DNA of 64,000 bases. Source: Ginglymostoma cirratum. Its lineage: Eukaryota. Of the stretch, positions 1 to 12,810 are shown piece after piece; within the stretch, counting starts at the first letter, position 1, and each line of letters starts with the position of its first letter. A program made the position numbers and the translations under genes. The notes below the pieces were generated by a model. That model made no database searches. It had not been told where the DNA came from and saw nothing but the letters and a program-made list of their open reading frames with translations. The stretch is taken from the NCBI GenBank assembly GCA_024137785.1, contig JAHRHZ010000248.1, forward strand, positions 65,953,274 through 66,017,273, read 5' to 3'.

Positions 1-137
1 CATCATGATTTCTGATGAAGGGTTTAGGCCCGAAACGTCAAGTTTTCCTGCTCCTATGATGCTGCTTGACCTGCTGTGTTCATCCAGCCCCATGCTTGTT
101 ATCTCGGATTCTCCAGCATCTGCAGTACCTTTTATCT
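1..137 (+). mobile_element. Penelope-like element terminal repeat (pLTR) fragment with hammerhead-like core
   Basis: Bases ~8-103 are nearly identical to the 3' end of the RT/GIY-YIG element at 22538-22633. CTGATGA at 12-18 and GAAACGTC at 32-39. Directly followed by CR1 sequence. Confidence 0.85.
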
Positions 138-631
138 ATGAAGCTTTAAAGGGTTCAGTAAAGATTTATGAGGATGTTGCTGGAACTGGAGGGTCTAAGC
201 TCCAGGAAGAGGCTGAATAGGCTTGGGTTTTTCTTTCCCTCAAGTGTCAGAGGCTGAGGGGTGATCTTATAGAGGTTCATAAAATCACGAGGGGAATGGA
301 TAGGATGAATAGCCAAAGTCTTTTCCCCAGTGGAGGGGAGTCTAGAAATGGAAGGCATAGGTTTAAGGTGAGAGGGGAAAAATTTAAAATGTACCTGAGG
401 TGAAACCTTTCCATGCAGTGGGCGGTACGTGTATAGAATGAGCTGTCAGAGTATGTGTTGGAGGCGGGTACAATTATAACATTTAATAGGCGTCTGGATG
501 GGAACATGAATAGGAAGGGTTCAGAGGAATATGGGCCAAATGCTAGCAAATGGGACTGGATTAGTTTAGGACGGCATGGATGAGTTGGACTGAAGGGTCT
601 GTTTCTGTGCTGTACACCTCGATGACTCTAT
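138..631 (+). mobile_element. CR1-clade LINE (HER1-like) 3' end
   Basis: Decayed ORF2 C-terminus (LRGDLIEV.KI, RGHRFKV-type motifs) and the tail GAAGGGTCTGTTTCTGTGCTGTA...ATGACTCTA that recurs through the window. Confidence 0.85.
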
Positions 632-1139
632 ATCCCGACTTGCAAGCCTCGTGCGCAAACACACAAGGCAAACATAAAAATTACAGAATAGAGAAAATGA
701 ACTTTGGTCAAGTTAAACTTCAATATGGAAATTTAAAGTTGTAGTTGACATCTTAGAGAAATGCTGCTGTGGAAACCTTTGAAAGCTCTGTACTTGCAGG
801 GATGTCAGTACAGTCAAATGAAGTTATTAACTGGGTGCTAACTTGAACAGAAATAGAGACAGAGTGGTTGCTACCTCCCACAGTTGCTAATACATGTACT
901 TGGTCAACAGAGGTACAGCTCGGTGGTCACATACATTCTCTCCAACTTCCAACAGAAGTTCAATAATCCATTGAATGACTCAAAAAGTAGCTTTGACTAT
1001 TTCATATCTGCGGTTATCCTAAGAAAATCAAGGTATTTTGTCAAACCAATTAACTTCTGGTTGGTTCATTCCTCCAACATTGAAAATGTTGCGTTTCATT
1101 CTAAAGGATATATCTGACAAAGTTCTTAGAATTCTTTGG

Positions 1140-1985
1140 GGAGTCAACCAACAGGATAGGTAAACTAAAGTAGAAATAATATATTTGGATTTCCAACAGT
1201 CAATGAAGTACTGTATGCAAGATTGCTAAAGAATCCTTGATGTTGGGGTTTCAACATTAGCACGACTCGAGGATCAGTTAACAGATTCAGGATAAAGGGG
1301 ACATTTTCAGGATGGCAACCTTCAACTAGTGGAGTGTTACAGGGATCAGTGTTGAAACTGTGGTTATGTACAACATAAATGAATGAATTGGATGTGGAAA
1401 GTTGCCAAGAATGAAATATATATGATATTGGTTAGGACAACCTTTGGAATACAGTTCAGTTCTGGTCTCCCTGCCATAAGGAAAGATGTTGCAAAACTTT
1501 AAAGGGTTCAGAAAAGATTTGCAAGGATGTTGCTAGGGTTGGAGGATTTGAGCTAAAAGGGAGAGCCTGAATAGGCTGGGGATATTTTCCCCAGTGTCAG
1601 GGGCTGAGGGGTGACCTTATAGAAGTTTATAAAATCACGAGGGGCATAGGTAGAATGAATAGCCAAGGTCTTTTCCCCAGGGTAGGGGAGTCCAAAACTA
1701 GAGGGCATAGGTTTAAGGTGACAGGGGGAAGACTTAAAAAGGACCTAAGGGGGAACATTTTCATGCAGAGGGTGGTGCGTGTATGGAAAGAGCCGCCAGA
1801 GGAAGTAAAGGCTGGGAAAATTACAACATTTAAAAGGCATCTGAATGGGTATAGGAATAGGAAGGGTGTAGAGGGATATGGACAAAATGCAGGCATATCG
1901 GACTAGATTAGTTTAGGATATCTGACTGCCATGGATGAGTTGAACTGAAGTGTCTGTTTCCATGTTGTACATCTCTATGACTCTA
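1140..1985 (+). mobile_element. CR1-clade LINE fragments (old RT remnant plus younger 3' end at ~1425-1985)
   Basis: ORF 1655-1906 reads KTRGHRFKV...FMQRVVRVW and ends in the same tail as 138-631. Confidence 0.8.
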
Positions 1986-2070
1986 AGTCTAGCTGCACCA
2001 TGCAAGGAAGTAGTCAGACTATATTGAGAAACCTAAAAATAGTTTTGATCCCTTATCTGAGGAAAGATAT

Positions 2071-2713
2071 TGTCATGGACTAGAGCAGATCCCCTCAAAA
2101 TATTTCAACAAGGTGGCCTAGAAGCTGACTTTTTCTTTTTTAAAGGTGATTGTCTGGTGCTGTGTTCCAGATGCATTTCGATTGGTCAAACTACTGATGT
2201 TAAGCAAAACACAATTTATCCAAACACTATATTTAAAATACAACCAAAGACAGAAAAATTGGAAAAGCTTAACTCTATTGGAAAAACTTAACAGAATAAC
2301 ACATACAGTAACTATTAAGAATTAACTGTTCCAACATAGCAACATCACATAAACACAGCCCTTGGCAAAAAGGCAAATTCAGAAAACAGGTTTTTTCATA
2401 CGCAGTACCCGCATTAGGGAGAGAAACCCCAGCTTCTAGCTGTAATTGAGAGAGGAGAGAAAAACAACAGCTTCTACTTCTTCAAGGCTCCAGCAGCTTC
2501 TGCTGAATCTAAAATCCTAAAAAAAATTCTAGAAATCCTGTACTGTGAGAGCTGACCACATCCATCCAGGCTACTTCTATTGTTCCAACATATTAAATAA
2601 AAACCCAAGGCCTCATGAACCGTTTACTTTCTTACAAACAGCTCTGCACCTCTTTTCTAACTCTCTCTCTTAAAAGAAACCAAGACACCTCTTAAAGCCA
2701 CAACATTGTCACA
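2071..2713. mobile_element. Solo LTR inserted in a CR1 fragment
   Basis: Begins TGTCA and ends GTCACA (TG...CA). Flanked by ATAT at 2067-2070 and 2714-2717. Removing it restores the CR1 string CTGAGGAAAGATATACTGGC. Confidence 0.75.
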
Positions 2714-3470
2714 ATATACTGGCTTGGACATATTCCACAGAAGGTTCACGAGGTTGATCCCACATATAGAGGAATTTTTTTTATGAGGAAAGGTTAATGC
2801 AGGTTGGGCTTATATTCACTGGATTGCAGAGAGACTTTTTCCTTTTGTGGGATTATCTATGATCAAATGGCAAAATATCAGAGTAAGAGTCATTTATTTA
2901 AAACAAATGAGGAATTACTCATTCAAAGGAAAGTGAATCTGTGGAATTCTTTACTGCAGAAGTCTGTAGAGGCTGGTTCATTAAGCATACTCTAATCTCC
3001 ACTTTTGATTATCCAGTGGGTATAGGCCCAAGATGTTCAACCTCTCTCCAATCTCATTAAAAGGGCAGGTGGCACAGTGGTTAGCACTGCCGTTAGCACT
3101 ACAGCCTCATAGCACCAGGTTCTATTCCAGCCTCGTGTGACTGCCTGCATGGAGTTTGTGCATTCTTCCCGTAGTCAAAGGATGTGCAGGCTGGGTGGAT
3201 TGGCTATGCTGGATGCCTGTAGTGTTCAGGGGTGTGTGGTTTATAGGGGGAAATGGGTCTGGGTGTGATGCTGCAAGGGTCAGTGTGGACTTGTTGGGCT
3301 GAAGGGCCTGTTTCTATGCCATAGGGATTCTATGAATTACATATTCAAGGCTCAGATAGCCAAGAGTTTTAAATCAGTAAGGATTTTGAGGAAAATTAAG
3401 ATGGAGATTGTAAAATCCGCTATGATCTCAAACGAGCAGAGGAGGTTGATGGGGCATCTGGTCTTATGTC
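2714..3470 (+). mobile_element. Decayed CR1 3' region, interrupted by an HE1 SINE
   Basis: RKVNLWNSL..KSVEAGSL motif in ORF 2804-2995. The sequence resumes after 3335 with ATATTCAAGGCT.AGATAG. Confidence 0.65.
3063..3335 (+). mobile_element. HE1-type tRNA-derived V-SINE, internally deleted
   Basis: A-box-like TGGCACAGTGGTTAGCACTGC, V-domain-like GGAGTTTG...CATTCT and CR1-derived tail GAAGGGCCTGTTTC...GGGATTCTATGA. Confidence 0.8.
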
Positions 3471-4317
3471 TAATATTGTGAATCTCTATTTCTGAGAAGA
3501 TAGCAATGAGACTGCACATTTCCAAAGTTTAGCGTCCCTGAAGTTTTCTCAGAAACCTTGTCTCCCTCCTAATAGAGTACAGCATATGCTACATACTAAC
3601 AAAAAAAAAACATTTTTGAAAAAAACCATCTCAATGTTTGTGCTTCAATTAAACAAGTTCAAGACATAAAACTAGCCATCGAATTTAAAGTTAATACTCT
3701 GTTATGAACATGTCTTCATAACATTCATTTTGTGCCAGAAGGTTCATCAACAGTTAAACATTCCACTCAGATGACTATTACACACAACCATTAAACTTGC
3801 GATTATATAAAATCTAAAAGCTAACTTGTTGCATTATTTTCAGACTACACTTTACCACATTTACGAAATAAAATGATCAGGATAGACCATTATTAGAATC
3901 CACTCTTGGATCAGGACTTTGGGGACAGACGGGGAATTATTGACGAACAGATGAGAGACAGCTCTTAACAGGTCTTGTAAGTAGACCATGACTAGAAGAG
4001 TAAACTAAAGTGTGTTAGATCATTTGATACCATACCTCCGTACCTCGGTTTAAACCACAGAAAATTTAGGTTAGTGCCTATACATTACAAATTGTACAGT
4101 CCTAACGTTTAGAGGATCATTAGTAAACTATCGATATTCCATTAAAGCAATCAACGTGAATACGAAGGCCAGCTAACCTCCCACCTTCCTTATCGTATTT
4201 TGTTCAAATATGAGAGACTAGAACTAGGCTATACCTTTTTCCTAAATGTCATCGTTTCAGTGCCTACCAGCTAGAATGCGATACACCCCTTTACGAACTA
4301 TAAGACCCACAGATCAG

Positions 4318-4390
4318 TGCGGGCGCGGCCACGCCCCTTTCTCCAGGTGTTGCCGGTGCTGCTGATTGGAGTGCTCGTGGCAACAGCAGC
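4318..4390 (+). promoter_or_regulatory. Candidate core promoter of the MTUS1-like gene
   Basis: Sp/KLF GC box GCCACGCCCC at 4328-4337, reverse CCAAT box CTGATTGG at 4362-4369 and X-box-like GTGCTCGTGGCAAC at 4371-4384. Lies in a largely repeat-poor, CpG-retaining zone (~3.8-6.5 kb). Candidate donors downstream: GTGAGT ~4732 and GTAAGT ~5071. Confidence 0.55.
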
Positions 4391-5651
4391 TACTTCACCT
4401 CAAGGGGCCATCAAACGGTGACTGACATCTCCTTGACTATGAGCCCCTAGTAACAAGTGTACGTAAAGTGGAAATGAATGGATTGTATAAACATTTGCAG
4501 TGACTAAGTGAACGTTTCCCTCCTGTTCCAATGCCAGCTGTCTAGTGACCTTTGCCCTCTTTTTCCCCTGACCTTGTGTTGCATTGAATGAGGAATTATT
4601 TTAAACAGTTGTGCTTAACATCCTACATGTTAGCGTGCGGGCTCATCGTTGTTTTCCCTCCTTTCAAATGCTTTCCCACTTGAAAAGGAGTATGCAGTAA
4701 ACTAACTGACACTGGATGGCTTGCACTTACCGTGAGTGTTAATATTTGTGCTGAACTAAAGTACTTGCTGTAGTCAGTAAAATGTGAACCAAACGAACTA
4801 TTTTTATTACAAGTTCTGTTTTGTTAATTAATAGATGACTGAGCACGTTTTTCTAAAGGACAAAGTAATGATTAGAAAAGGTTTACTGTGTTGGTTCACA
4901 TTCCACGGGTTGTTGCGTATGGGGAAGGATTGGTGTCTCAACAGCTACCAAAATTTTTCTGGGTTGTGGACTGGCTGTTGCGTGGTAACTGAGCTTTTGT
5001 CACTGAGTTCTCTCACGCAGTGTTTATTTTGCTTCGCTTGTTGAATAACTCTTTATCCCTCGGTCACCTCGTAAGTTTTTATCAGCTCGTTCCTTTAGTA
5101 ACTGGCTTATTTTTACAACTAGTAAGGTAAATTATTAAATTGACTTGTACAAAAAAAACCCACATGTTGGAATTAGCTACTTAGTGAGCTGTCTTTTCCA
5201 AACTGCACGTACATTTAAGAGCATAACTTCTTAAAATTGATTTGATCTGATAAGTTTATATTCTTGAGAACTGTTCAGACTTGCGGACCGAAACTGCGTT
5301 TCTACGGCTTCGCTCGGTTTTCTGACTTGTTGCCATAGAGTTACTATATAATCTAGTTTTACAACTAGAACATTCGGAATGGGTTCAAGGGGAAGGGAAG
5401 GTTACATTTTCTTTTCAAGCTGATGTCAACTGGAAATGTGAAAATAATCTATCTGAGCGAATCAGTGAATAACTTAATGCAGTTCTTACGGTTTAGTTCG
5501 TACAAATACCTCGTGAGCTTAGAGGTCACGATAACTAATTCTAGGACTGGTTAGAGAGGCTTTGACTGTGGATTTGGGAAGTGGGGAGGGGTGGTGTTTA
5601 TGACCAGGAGCCTGGCCATAATGATTAGTGTGTGTGGCATTGACCGGTTTC

Positions 5652-5850
5652 ATGTAATCCCTACAGTACGGAAAGAGGCTATTCGGTTTACCGAGTCTCC
5701 TCTGATCCTTAAGTAGAGCATCTTGCCCAGACCCAGCCCTCATCCTATCCCCCTTAACCCCCCATTTACCATGGCTAGCCAACTTAATCCTGCACATCCC
5801 TGGATGCTATGCTACAATTTAGCATAGCCAAACCACCTAACGTGGACATC
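5652..5850 (-). mobile_element. HE1-type SINE, 3' part
   Basis: Reverse complement resembles the GATGTGCAGGTTAGGTGGATTGGCCATGCTAAATTG segment and tail of the copy at 41948-42256. Confidence 0.65.
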
Positions 5851-7419
5851 TCCTTTCCATCCTGCTGTCCCAAGGGGACAGGGAATGTCAAAAGACGAGA
5901 TGATGAAACTCGGTACTTATAGAATAGAAGTTCTAATACCCTGCTGGTGGACTTTAAGAATTATTGCACTCTCCCTGAAATCGCTCCACTAAGGGCCAGT
6001 CTCCTACAGACTGCCCTGGAATTAAGGGATAAAGGACGCCCCTTGGCAATCCCTTTAAAATATGGGGTAGTTGATTACTTTGCGCAGGTTTGTGGGCACA
6101 TGTTTAATGCTGATACTTTTTTAGGCAAAACAAAAACAACGACCGAAATGAGATTGACCTTTACCACAGCAGTGATTGGGAGGTGTTGTCTAATCGGGCG
6201 TCTTTGAATGTCAAGATTCTCCTGGTATTCAAATAATGCAGGCGTGTTCTCCTTAACTAGCATTTAGCGCAACGTTCTTGGTTTGAGAAGATTACGTGGT
6301 GAATATCTCATTTGGGGGAAACTTGCTGTAGTGTTTTTTTTTTTTTGCTAAGCTTCCTACACTTAAGTTGTAAAACGCTTTGTCCTGAGACATGACAGGC
6401 ACCATATAAGTGCGTGCCTATTTGTTTACCAATACCCCGCTACTGACGTGTCAGCAATTCTTTGACATTTTTGGTAACTGGCTGAATAATTCTGAACATT
6501 CAAGGATATAAAGCAAGAGGAAGCAATTAGAATGGTGTTATAATGGAATAACTTTTTAATGCTTAGTTGTGTTAACTGGAATGCATTACTTTCCATAGAG
6601 AATTGTTGCTACCTTGCTGACTCTTGGACTATTGAGAATCTGTCAAAAAAAAGTAGTTAGGTAATGTTTGGATATGGGAAATATTTTCTTAAGTGAGTAA
6701 CTTTGAATGTGGGTTGATCCAATGAACAATTGGCAATGTAGGAGGCATGTTGCTGCACCTCCTGAAATGAACCAGGTTTTGCATTGTGGTGAACAGACCA
6801 CAGAAGTCATGTTATTAAGACACTAGTCTAAATATTAAGACAAGGGATTTGAGTGTGATACATTGAGGGCAAACAGTAAAGCAAAAATTTATTTTTGCAA
6901 CAGTTTTTTAAAAATTTGAGTAAATGTGGATCTTTTGGAGTTAACTATGAGAATTTGAAATGTTTTTCCCCATCTCATTTTGTAGTAGAGAAAATGGGAC
7001 AGGTGGTAACGTTTGTGTTGCATTATTTATCCAAATGTTCTGACTTAAACATATTTAATTTGCTTTAAGTACCAGGCACCAAGACTTGAGAATGAGAATT
7101 TTGTGGCACTGGAAACAGCTGCTCACATGACAATGCAATGTGGTTGACTACAGTGAACAGATAATCTGTACCAAGTTTAATATGTACAAACAATTTGAGA
7201 ATTTTTGTGCTGAGAAATTGATCCCAACTGTTTTCATTGGTACTAGACACCATCATTAACCATGTTTGCTTCACTGGCCCCTGCCCACATTTAATTGTTA
7301 TCAGAAATTAAACTTTTAACCTTTTAATTACCCAGCAATTTACTTGATTAAGATTTTGTTCCAGTTATCCTTGACATAGTTAACTATTGCCTTTAAACTG
7401 AACATCCTAAGTTGTTTTT

Positions 7420-7545
7420 TGCAGTCTGGCAGCATCTGTGGAGAGAGAAACAGTTCATGTTTTGAATGTCTGTCTTTTTTTTTGATTTGAGCGTGAAATC
7501 TGGCTGTTTCTCCAAATGCTGCCAGACCTGAAGAGTGTCTCCACT
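7420..7545. mobile_element. Decayed fold-back PLE-derived element
   Basis: GTCTGGCAGCATCTG on the left pairs with CAAATGCTGCCAGAC on the right. Similar to the elements at 33295 and 39229. Confidence 0.55.
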
Positions 7546-7579
7546 TTGAAAGGATGAAATTAAAACAAGGTAGTATTTC

Positions 7580-10500
7580 ATAGAACATAGAACAGTACAG
7601 CCCTTCAGCCCATGATGTTGTGCTGACCTATTATCCTACATAGCCTACATTTTACTATCCTCCATGTGCCTATCCAAGAGTTGCTTTAAAAGTCTCTCAT
7701 ATCTGATTCCACACACCCACCACACTCTGTGAGAAGAACTTACCTCCGACATCTTCCCTATGCCTTCCTCCAATCACCTTAAAATTATGCCCCCTTGTAA
7801 TAGTCACTTCTGCCCTGGGGAAAAGTCTCTGGCTATCCATTCTGTCTATGCCTGTCGTGTACACCTCTATCAAGTTGCCTCTTGTCCTTTGCTCCAATGG
7901 GAAAAAACCCTAGCTTCCTCAACCGTTCCTCATAAGACCTGCTCTCTAGTCCAGGCAGCATCCTGGTAAATCTCCTCTGCACCCTCTAAAGCTTCCACAT
8001 CCTTCCTATGATGAGGTGACCAGAACTGAACACAATATTCCAATTGTGGCCTAACCAGGGTTTTATAGAGCTGCAGCATAGCCTTGCAGCTCTTAAACTC
8101 CAATTCCCCTGCCGATGAAAGCCAACACACCATACGCCTTAACAAGCCTATCAACTTGAGTAGCAACTTTTGAGGGATCAATGGAAGTGAACCCCAAGAT
8201 CCCTCTTGTTCTTCCACGCTGCCGAGAATCCTGCATTCAAATTCAACCTTCCAAAATGAATCACTTTACACTTTTCAGGGTTGAATTCCATCTGCCACTT
8301 CTTTGCCTAGCTCTGCATCCTGTCAATGTCCCGTTGCAACCTACAACAGTCCTCCACACTGTCCACAACTCCGCCAACCTTCATGTCTTCGGCAAACTTA
8401 TCGAACCACTCTTCCACTTCCTCATCTGAGTTACTTATAAAGATCACAAAGAGCAGAGGTTGCAGAATAGATCCCTGCAGCACACCACTGGTCACTGAGC
8501 TCCAGGCTGAATACTTTCCATCTACTACCACCCTCTGTCTTCTATTAGACAGTCAGATTTCCCTGAATCCCATGCCTCCTTACTTTCTGAATAAGCCTAC
8601 AATGGGGAACCTTATCAAATGTCTTGCTAAAATCCATATACACCACATCCACTGCTCTAGCTTCAGCAATGTGTTTTGTCACATCCTCAAAGAACTCAAT
8701 AAGGCTTGTGAGGCATGACCTGCCCCCCCTCAAAGCCATGCTGACTATTTCTAATCAAACTGTGCTTTTCCAAATAATCATAAATACTGTCTCTCAAAAT
8801 CCTCTCCAATAATTTGCCCACTACAGAAGTAAGACTGACCAGTCTAATTCCCAGGATTATCCCTATCCCTTGTTCAAGAAAGGGAAATGACATTTGCCAC
8901 CCTCCAATCATCTGGTGGTACTCCAGTGGACAGTGAGAATGCAAAGATCATTGCCAAAGGGGCAGCAATCTCTTGCCTCGCACCCTGTTTTAACCTTGGG
9001 GAGATCCCGTCTGCCCCAGGGGACTTATCTATCCTCATGTTTTTCAAAATTTCTAGCACATCCTTCTTCCGAACATCAACCTGTGTTAGTATATCTGCCT
9101 GTTTAATGCTGTCCTTGCAAACGTCCCTCTCACTGGTGAATACTGAGGCAAAGTATTCATTAAGGATCTTCCCTGACTCTGCACATGAGTCCTGTTCACT
9201 GTCCCTGATTGGCCCTACCTTCACTCTGGCCATCCTCTCGTTCCTCACATAAGCATAGAATGCCTTGGGGTTTTCCTTGATCCTACTTGCCAAGGTTTTT
9301 TCATACCCTCTTCTAGCTCTCGTAAGTCCACACTCTAGATCCCTCCTGGCTACCTTGTAGACCTCTAGAGCCCTGTCCGGTCCTTGCTTATTCAACCTTA
9401 AGTAAGCTTCCTTCTTCCTCTTGACTAGATGTTCCACATGTCGGAGTTGTGATCACTGTCACTGAAGTGCTCTTCCACTGAGTGATCTGACACCTGGCCT
9501 GGTTCGTTGCCAAGTGCCAAATCCAATATGGCATCCCCTCTAGTCAGCCTATCTACATATTGAGTCAGAAATGCTTCCTGGAGACTCCTGACAAAATCTG
9601 CTCTATCCAAACTATTCGTACTTATGAGGTTCCAGTCTATATTAGGGAAGTTAAAGTCGCCCATGACAACAACCCTATTACTTCTGCACCTTTCCACAAC
9701 CTGTTTCTCAATCTGTTCCTCATATCTCTGTTGCTATTGGGGGGCTCGATAGAAAACTCCTAATAAAGTGACTGCTCCTCTTCTGTTTCTGACTTCCACC
9801 TGTACTGACTCAGTGGACAAACCCTCCTCCATGACCCCCCCTTTCTGCAGCTGTGATACCATCCCTGATTAGCAATGCCACTTCCCCACATCTTTTACTT
9901 CCCTCACTATTTCTTTTGAAACATCTATACCCCATCCAACAACCATTCCGGTCCCTGTGTTATCCAAGTTTCCATAATGCCCACAACATTGTAGTTTCAA
10001 GTAATGATCCATGCTCTAAGGTCATCACCCTTATTCCTGACACTTGCATTGAAGTAGACACACCTCAACCTGTCGCACTGACTACTACATTGCCCTATCA
10101 ACTGCTTATCCTTCTTCACAGATTCTCTGCTTGCTGTATCTGCCTATACACCAGCTACCCCATCCTCTGATCTGTAGCTCCAGTTCCCATCCTCCTGCCA
10201 AACTAGTTTAAACCCTCCCGAAGAGCTCTAGCAAACCTCCTGCCCGGGATATTGGTGCCCCTCCAGTTCAGCTTCAACCTGTCTTTCCTGTACAGGTCCC
10301 ACCTTCCCCAGAAAGTATCCCAGTAATCCACATCTGAAGCCCTCCCTACTACACCAGCTCTGTAGCCATGCGTTCAGCTGCACTTGCTCTCTATTTCTCA
10401 CCTCACTAGCCCATGGCACTGGTAGTAATCCTGAGATTATTACTCGACTTGTCCTAGCTTTTAGCTTCCATACTAACTCCCTATTTTCAGGTCCTCATCC

Positions 10501-10680
10501 CATTTCTTAGTTATGTCATTGGTACCGATGTGTACCATGACTTCTGACTTCTCTCCCTCCCTCTTAAAAGTCCTGAAGACTCGATCCAAGACTTCCCTGA
10601 CTCTGGCACCTGGGAGGCAACATACCATCTGGGAGTCTCGCTTGGTTCCACAGAATCTCCTGTCTCTTCCATTTGAGTCT
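7580..10680 (-). mobile_element. Long CR1-clade LINE with ORF1 esterase, APE endonuclease and RT remnants (frameshifted, internally deleted)
   Basis: Minus-strand peptides VCCLPGARV and VMVHIGTND (SGNH esterase ORF1), VVMGDFNFPNIDW and SDHN (APE), KSPGADGISPR, VDVVYMDFSKTFDKVPH, SGVLQGSIL and KFAEDMKV (RT), [15 protein letters not shown]. Tail ends in CATAGAACATAGAAC on +. Confidence 0.95.
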
Positions 10681-11389
10681 TTTGCTTGTTTGGTTTGAAA
10701 TGTAATTCATGTTATCACTTGGGGCTGGGGAATATTGTGCCTCCTCTGAACTAAAGCAGTGTGCTGTGGTGAATTTTTGGTCTGACAGTCCTCCTTGAAC
10801 CCTGCACTACAATTCTGCACCTTCCGCCGCCTTTTCCACTACTCTTGGCACTTGTAGTCCTCCAGTTTTATAGCTGCCTACTGTACCCAGATTGCTCATT
10901 TCTTAGATTTGTATTTCCTCTTTGTTGCAATTGGATATTGATCACCAGAAAATCTTTTTCAACATAAATACTGAAGTAAGTTACATTTGCAGTTGAATTG
11001 TTTGCTGTTAACTCAATTCATTCCTTTTTGTTTTTAGCTTATTCTATTTGAAGAGGTTCAGGATCTTCTTCTTGGATGTCTCCTTTTCCAACATAATAAC
11101 ATGAAGTTGCTATTCATGTGCTCCTGTTCAACATTTCATTATATTTCTTCTCATCCTTCAGACTTTCTGGTTCAGTGACTTTATTCTATACTCTTTGTTC
11201 ATCTTGAATGTTACATAAACTTTGGAGTAGCTAGAAAATAACACCAGTTGGAACTTTATCATCTCATACTCATGATTTCTTTTTCAGGAAACTTTCTGAA
11301 TATCTGACTTTATTTGATTTGACTTGCTGTAAATGATCAGAACCCACAGATGGCATGTTATCTGAAACTTTAGCAATTTTTTTCATCCC

Positions 11390-11670
11390 AGGGTGGAATA
11401 GTCAGTTACCAGGGGCCATGGGTTTAAGGTGTGAGGGGCAAGGTTCAAAAGTGACATGCGGGGCAGGTTTTTTTAGAGGTGCCTGGAACTTGCTGCCGGG
11501 GGTGGTAGTGGAAGCAGATAGTGTAGTGACTTTTAAAGGGCGTCTTAACAAATATGATGGGAATAGAGGGATACGGTCCCCGTAAGGGTAGGGGTTTTTT
11601 GTTGTGACAGGCAGCATGTTGGTGCAGGCTTGGAAGGCTGAAGGGCCTGTTCCTGTGCTGTAATTTTCTT
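11390..11670 (+). mobile_element. CR1 3' end
   Basis: GAWNLLPGVVVEADSVVTFK in ORF 11355-11585 and tail GAAGGGCCTGTTCCTGTGCTGTAA. Confidence 0.75.
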
Positions 11671-11839
11671 CATTCTTTTCTGTCCAAGCTTTCCACTTAG
11701 TTGTATTCTTCTCTTTTCAGAGAAGAAAGTGATTTATTCATCTCATGATCTGTGGTGGTATTCTAACTGCTATGGAAAAACATTTGGATGCATTGCATCC
11801 CATGTTCCTTGCTTCTGGTCGGCTGCTTTTTAATGTACT

Positions 11840-12810
11840 ACCTTCAGAATGGAGTGCCCACAGATCAGTGCTGAAGCTGCAATTACTTAAATATGCATTA
11901 ATGACTTGGATGAGGAGCGTAAATGTGCAGTAGCTTATTTTGCAATGACCAAATAAGCGGGAAGGCAAGTGGTCATGATTATACAATCTGCTGAGGGAGA
12001 TAGATAGCTGTGTCTATGACTCTGCCAGTGGGCAAAATCTTGGTAGATGGAAGTAACATGCAGAAACATAAGGTTATGCACTTGAGGAAGAATGGAAGAG
12101 CTAATTATGATTTAAATGCAGGTTGCTACAAAACAGGGATTTGGAAGCTCTTCTGCATAAATCACGCAATGGTAGCATCCAAGTTAAGTTGTTAATTGGG
12201 AAGGTAAATTGAAAGTTGGCTTTTATTTCAAATGGAATGGAACACAAGTAGTATTTTGCTAAAACTATCCAAGGTACTAATCAGACCACAGGTGGAATAC
12301 CATGAACAGTATTGCCCTCTTATCTAAAGAAAGCTATACAGACATTAGACTTTGGCCAGAGCAGATTCACTTGACTGATATCCGATATCGATAAGGGGGA
12401 GGGAATTGTCTTATGAGATGAAATTGAGTAGTTTGGGCCTGTACTCATCGGAAACTAGAGGTCATGTTATTGAGACGTGGGAGATTCTTGGGGCCTTTAC
12501 AGGGAGGATATGTTGAGCTTGTTTCCCTTCTGGCTGTGTCTGGGACCAGAGGGCATGATCGCCTCGGATATCATCCATTTAAGACCAACAAGGAGTTTCT
12601 TGAGGGTAATGAATCTTCGGGGTTGTTTACTTCAGAGGGCTGTTGAGCCTGTCATTCAAGTATATTCAAGGCTGAGAGATTTTTCCTCTAAAGAAATGGG
12701 GTTATATGGAAAAGGCAAGAAAGTGGAATTGATTCAGATCAGCCATGATCATCTTCTCTAGTAGACCGGAGTCGGTGGATGAATGGTTGACTTCTGCTAC
12801 GTCTTATGGT
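11840..12810 (+). mobile_element. Old CR1 RT-to-tail remnant
   Basis: Degenerate GVPQGSVL, KVMHL and RPQVEY motifs, plus tail CAGATCAGCCATGATC. Confidence 0.65.

Noticed and set aside
4306-11871. Identical 15-mer CCCACAGATCAGTGC at 4306-4320 and 11857-11871
   Set aside because: One or two 15-mer matches are expected by chance in 64 kb, and the match does not extend.
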